Below, piece after piece: positions 54,191-57,546 of a stretch of 57,546 nucleotides of DNA. The position numbers and the translations under genes are program-made. A model generated the notes under the pieces. It had not been told where the DNA came from. It worked only from the letters and a program-made list of their open reading frames with translations, and made no database searches. Position 1 is the stretch's first letter. Every line of letters begins with the position of its first letter. Source of the stretch: Octopus bimaculoides (lineage: Eukaryota); NCBI RefSeq assembly GCF_001194135.2, contig NC_068985.1:50876961-50934506 (forward strand), read 5' to 3'.

Positions 54191-55200
54191 TTATTGCTTA
54201 GACTCTCTTGACTGTTGTTATATAATCTACCAACCCAAAAGTATACAACAATAACTCTGCTAAATTTAAGTTCAATGCATACGTTTAATTAAATAACACA
54301 TACAATTATAATACACTCAAACTAATAACACTCTTAGGGGTTTTTTTTTTATTGATAAACTATCATCAAACATAATAACAGGTCTATAATTATTTGGCAA
54401 TATCAAAAACTATTAAATTGCAAAGTTGTATACAAAAACATTAACTCCCCAACAAATCTATTTCCTTCTGATTAACATGAGAGAAGCATGATGTTTCAAA
54501 ATAAAAGAATACTAATACATTTTACACAATACACTTTAAAATAAGTTTAAATACTTCACTCAAAGTTGTTATTCATAAAATTCATTGCTTGCATGTCTTT
54601 ATTTCTAACTGAAGGCTCACTAGTTTCCTTGTAACAATTTCACACACACACACACACTCTACAACTCAGCCATCACTCCCAAATGAGTATGACTTGGTAG
54701 CAGCAAGCCCCATGCTTTCACTCTTGTGTTAGATGCCTGTGTAGTTGCAAGCAGATGCAGCAACTCTTTCAATCCTCCACTTAACTCAACGGAATGTCAA
54801 AAATATGACACATACATAGTAGAATCACTAGAATACTGGATAAAATACCTAGTACGATTTGTTTTGACTTTGTGAACTGTGTTAAAAACCTGCCAATATC
54901 ACATCTGCTTTTCATCTTTTTAGGATTGATAAAAAGTACCATTCAAAACCAGTAGATTAATAGAAGTGAGTGCTGAAAGATACCTGGCAGTATCTATTCT
55001 GACTTCTAATATTCCAAGAGCAATGCTTGCAACAACACTGATGCCAAGCTGTATTGGCCCTGGCACAGTAACTTTTCTTTGGACAACATCACTGGCATCA
55101 AGACGGGGAACTTTCTTCCACAAAAAATCCCTGCCCAGGCTTGTCGATACTAGTGTAGAAACATGATCAACCCTGACAAACAGAGACCCCCATCACCTAC

Positions 55201-55232
<32 letters not shown>

Positions 55233-55438
55233 TAGCATATTTGTCATACTACCCATGAATATTCTAAAACTATGATTTAAAGGATTGCATTGAATTGTTG
55301 TAAATGTTTTTCAGAGACGACCTACAGTGATGCATATACCACCACTTCAACTGCAAGCAATTTGAAGATCAATACTTAAAGAATACCTGTGTATACCTTA
55401 CAGCTTGATGGCAATGTTTAGAATAAATTTGTTCTTAC

Positions 55439-55502
55439 TTCAGTTAGCAGTCTTTTCAGTCCATCAACTTGGTCTTCATTTGGATTTAATTCTCCACCTG
55501 GC
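55439..55502 (-). CDS. NUDT21: CFIm25 coding exon (64 nt, start of the Nudix box)
   Basis: tacctgcag|G CCA GGT GGA GAA TTA...ACT GAA|gtaaga encodes PGGELNPNEDQVDGLKRLLTE. It joins 33926-34015 in phase 0. Confidence 0.96.
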
Positions 55503-56995
55503 CTGCAGGTAAAAATGTAAGCTGATGATAATTATGTCTTTAAAGCACAAGAGTTAATTATTGTTCATACATGGCATACATAATATTTATCATTAACACT
55601 GCATCAATAAAACTGATATGATGACAAACTATGATGACCATATCAACATATCTGATGCAGAAATGGGAAAAAGACATTAAGTTAAAGTATATCTTGCAAG
55701 AAACATCTCTTGACATGATACTTTCTTTCTTTGAAATTTCCATTACTTTCAGAAATCAGAATCCTTTGAAAGATCAAACCACATTGAGTCAATATACTTA
55801 TTGTCATGTCACAATGTAATTCATCCTCAACTGTAATCTAAAAAGTATGTTTGTTATACAATGATACAGGTGACTAATGCACAAAGGGATTCTACATACA
55901 AGGGGAAACACTTCAAACAGATTCTTATGGGAAATATTAATGGACCTTAATTGGTCTGCTTTATTCCTTGCTCAAAGAAGTCATAGAATATCTGTACTAA
56001 ATTGTCCACACTAACAAGGCAAGTAAAACAAACACAAAAATAAAACAAAACGGTTCACATTTAGAGAACTCAAAAACAATCATCTTACCACAAGCAAATA
56101 TAAAAATCCATCAATAAGACACATGAATACATAAAATATAGCATTAAAAATAAGAGAAAAAGAAAATATCTAAAATAAGTCTGCCAAACAGCATATAAGA
56201 CTGAGCATGCATATATATATATATATATATACATCATCATCATCGCCGTCGTTTAATGTTCGCTTTCCATGGATACACACAAAGTGTACTTCTTCAGTTT
56301 CCATCTACTAGATCTACTCACAAGGCTTTGGTTGATACAGGGCTATCGTAGAAGACACCTGACCAAAGTGCTGCACAATCATAGGAAATTTGCCTTGATA
56401 AACTCCGTCCAACCCATGCAATCATGGAAAAGTGGACGTTAGAATGATGATGATGATGATGATGATGATGATATACAACATAGTTGTGTTGTTAAGAAAT
56501 TCACTTTCCAACTATGTGGTTTCAGGTTCAGTCCAACCGTGTGGCACTTTGTATCTTCTACTATGGCACCAATTAAATCCTAGTGAGTGGAATTGGTAGA
56601 TAGAAACTGAAAGATGTTCACCATGTGTGTTTGTGTGTCTATGTGAGTAAGTTCGTATTTCCCTCATTTTCAAAGATATAAACAAAAAATTCAGACAGTG
56701 TCAAGTGGTGTTGTTTGCTTACACCAAGAAAGCATGCCTGAGTTTCTTAACAAGTTATGCAAACATTCTAAATAAATAGTTAACTCAGTGTCATTTGTTT
56801 CTAGTTCTCTACATAAACACATCCAGGATTGTTGTTACATAGAAGGTTATTACATAGCTTGGAAACAGGAGGGAGTTGGCATCAAGAAGAGCACCCATGA
56901 AAAGAAAACTCAGCCCTAACATATTCACAAAGGACCCATACAAGGATGGAAAAGTAAGCATTTAAATGATGATGTTCCTGATAACTACATATATA

Positions 56996-57546
56996 CTAGC
57001 AATGTATCCGGGCGTTACCTGGGTGTTATAACCTACAAGCACATTGTATTATTTACTCCTTTCTTATGGGCAGAATCGGCACAGCTGATACATAGTTAAT
57101 GGAATAATGGAAGTTATTTTTTGTTTAATAGTAAAGGGCAAGGGTACAATTTGCATGGGCTTGCATAAAAGTGCTTTCTATTCTTAAGAAGGATCAGATA
57201 CTATGTATTGTTTCATCGTATAAAAGGGGCTTAATACGATTTTGTCCAGAAATCACATTTTCAAAATTTTAATTTCCCTCTATCCCTACCGCAATTTAAT
57301 TTGAAACTTTTTTGTGAAATTCTCTTTATCTTTTTGTTATCTACATAGAAAAATACAGAGATTACGAATATGGGAAATATATATTTTTTTTATAGTTTAA
57401 TTTTTCTGAAAGAAACACTCAATGCCCCTTCCCCCACCTACCAGCTTTCAAGAAGCCAAAATCTCCCAATCTTTCACTTTACAGATGCTTACCGCATGTG
57501 TAGACTTCTACTGAAATAGTAGATTAAAAGATACCAAACCACTACC
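56996..57546 (-). mobile_element. Helitron 3' terminus (element runs out of the window)
   Basis: The minus strand ends ccaggtaacgcccgg (hairpin, 57008-57022), ~8 nt spacer, CTAG|T: the canonical Helitron 3' structure. Confidence 0.65.

Noticed and set aside
54920-55166. Overlapping 66-67-aa ORFs near the NUDT21 exon
   Set aside because: No similarity to CFIm25 or any family I recognise; non-ATG starts.

Overview
AT-rich eukaryotic genomic DNA from a gapped scaffold, rich in microsatellites and repeats. The SINE, RTE and MITE content suggests a cephalopod, probably Octopus (inference from repeat recognition, no database search). Two gene loci are supported. (1) Minus strand: four coding exons of NUDT21/CPSF5 (CFIm25) at 55439-55502, 33926-34015, 32811-32886 and 30346-30460, including a 21.4 kb intron. 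The upstream exons lie beyond the window and the terminal exon is not clearly identifiable. (2) Plus strand, about 5477-6224: an uninterrupted coding region for a ParB/Sulfiredoxin-like domain, an in-frame tandem-repeat linker and a polybasic + CaaX (CVIL) tail. Its frame is broken exactly at a TTAA-TTAA duplication. This is the best candidate for an undescribed system. The rest is transposon debris: tRNA-derived SINEs, RTE LINE fragments, mariner, pogo, Tc1-like and Chapaev3-like fossils, Helitron and Penelope remnants (with hammerhead-like cores), MITEs, and foldback elements with TTAGGG cores. Two near-identical inverted RTE tails bracket one NUDT21 exon. No CRISPR, rRNA or true tRNA genes were seen.
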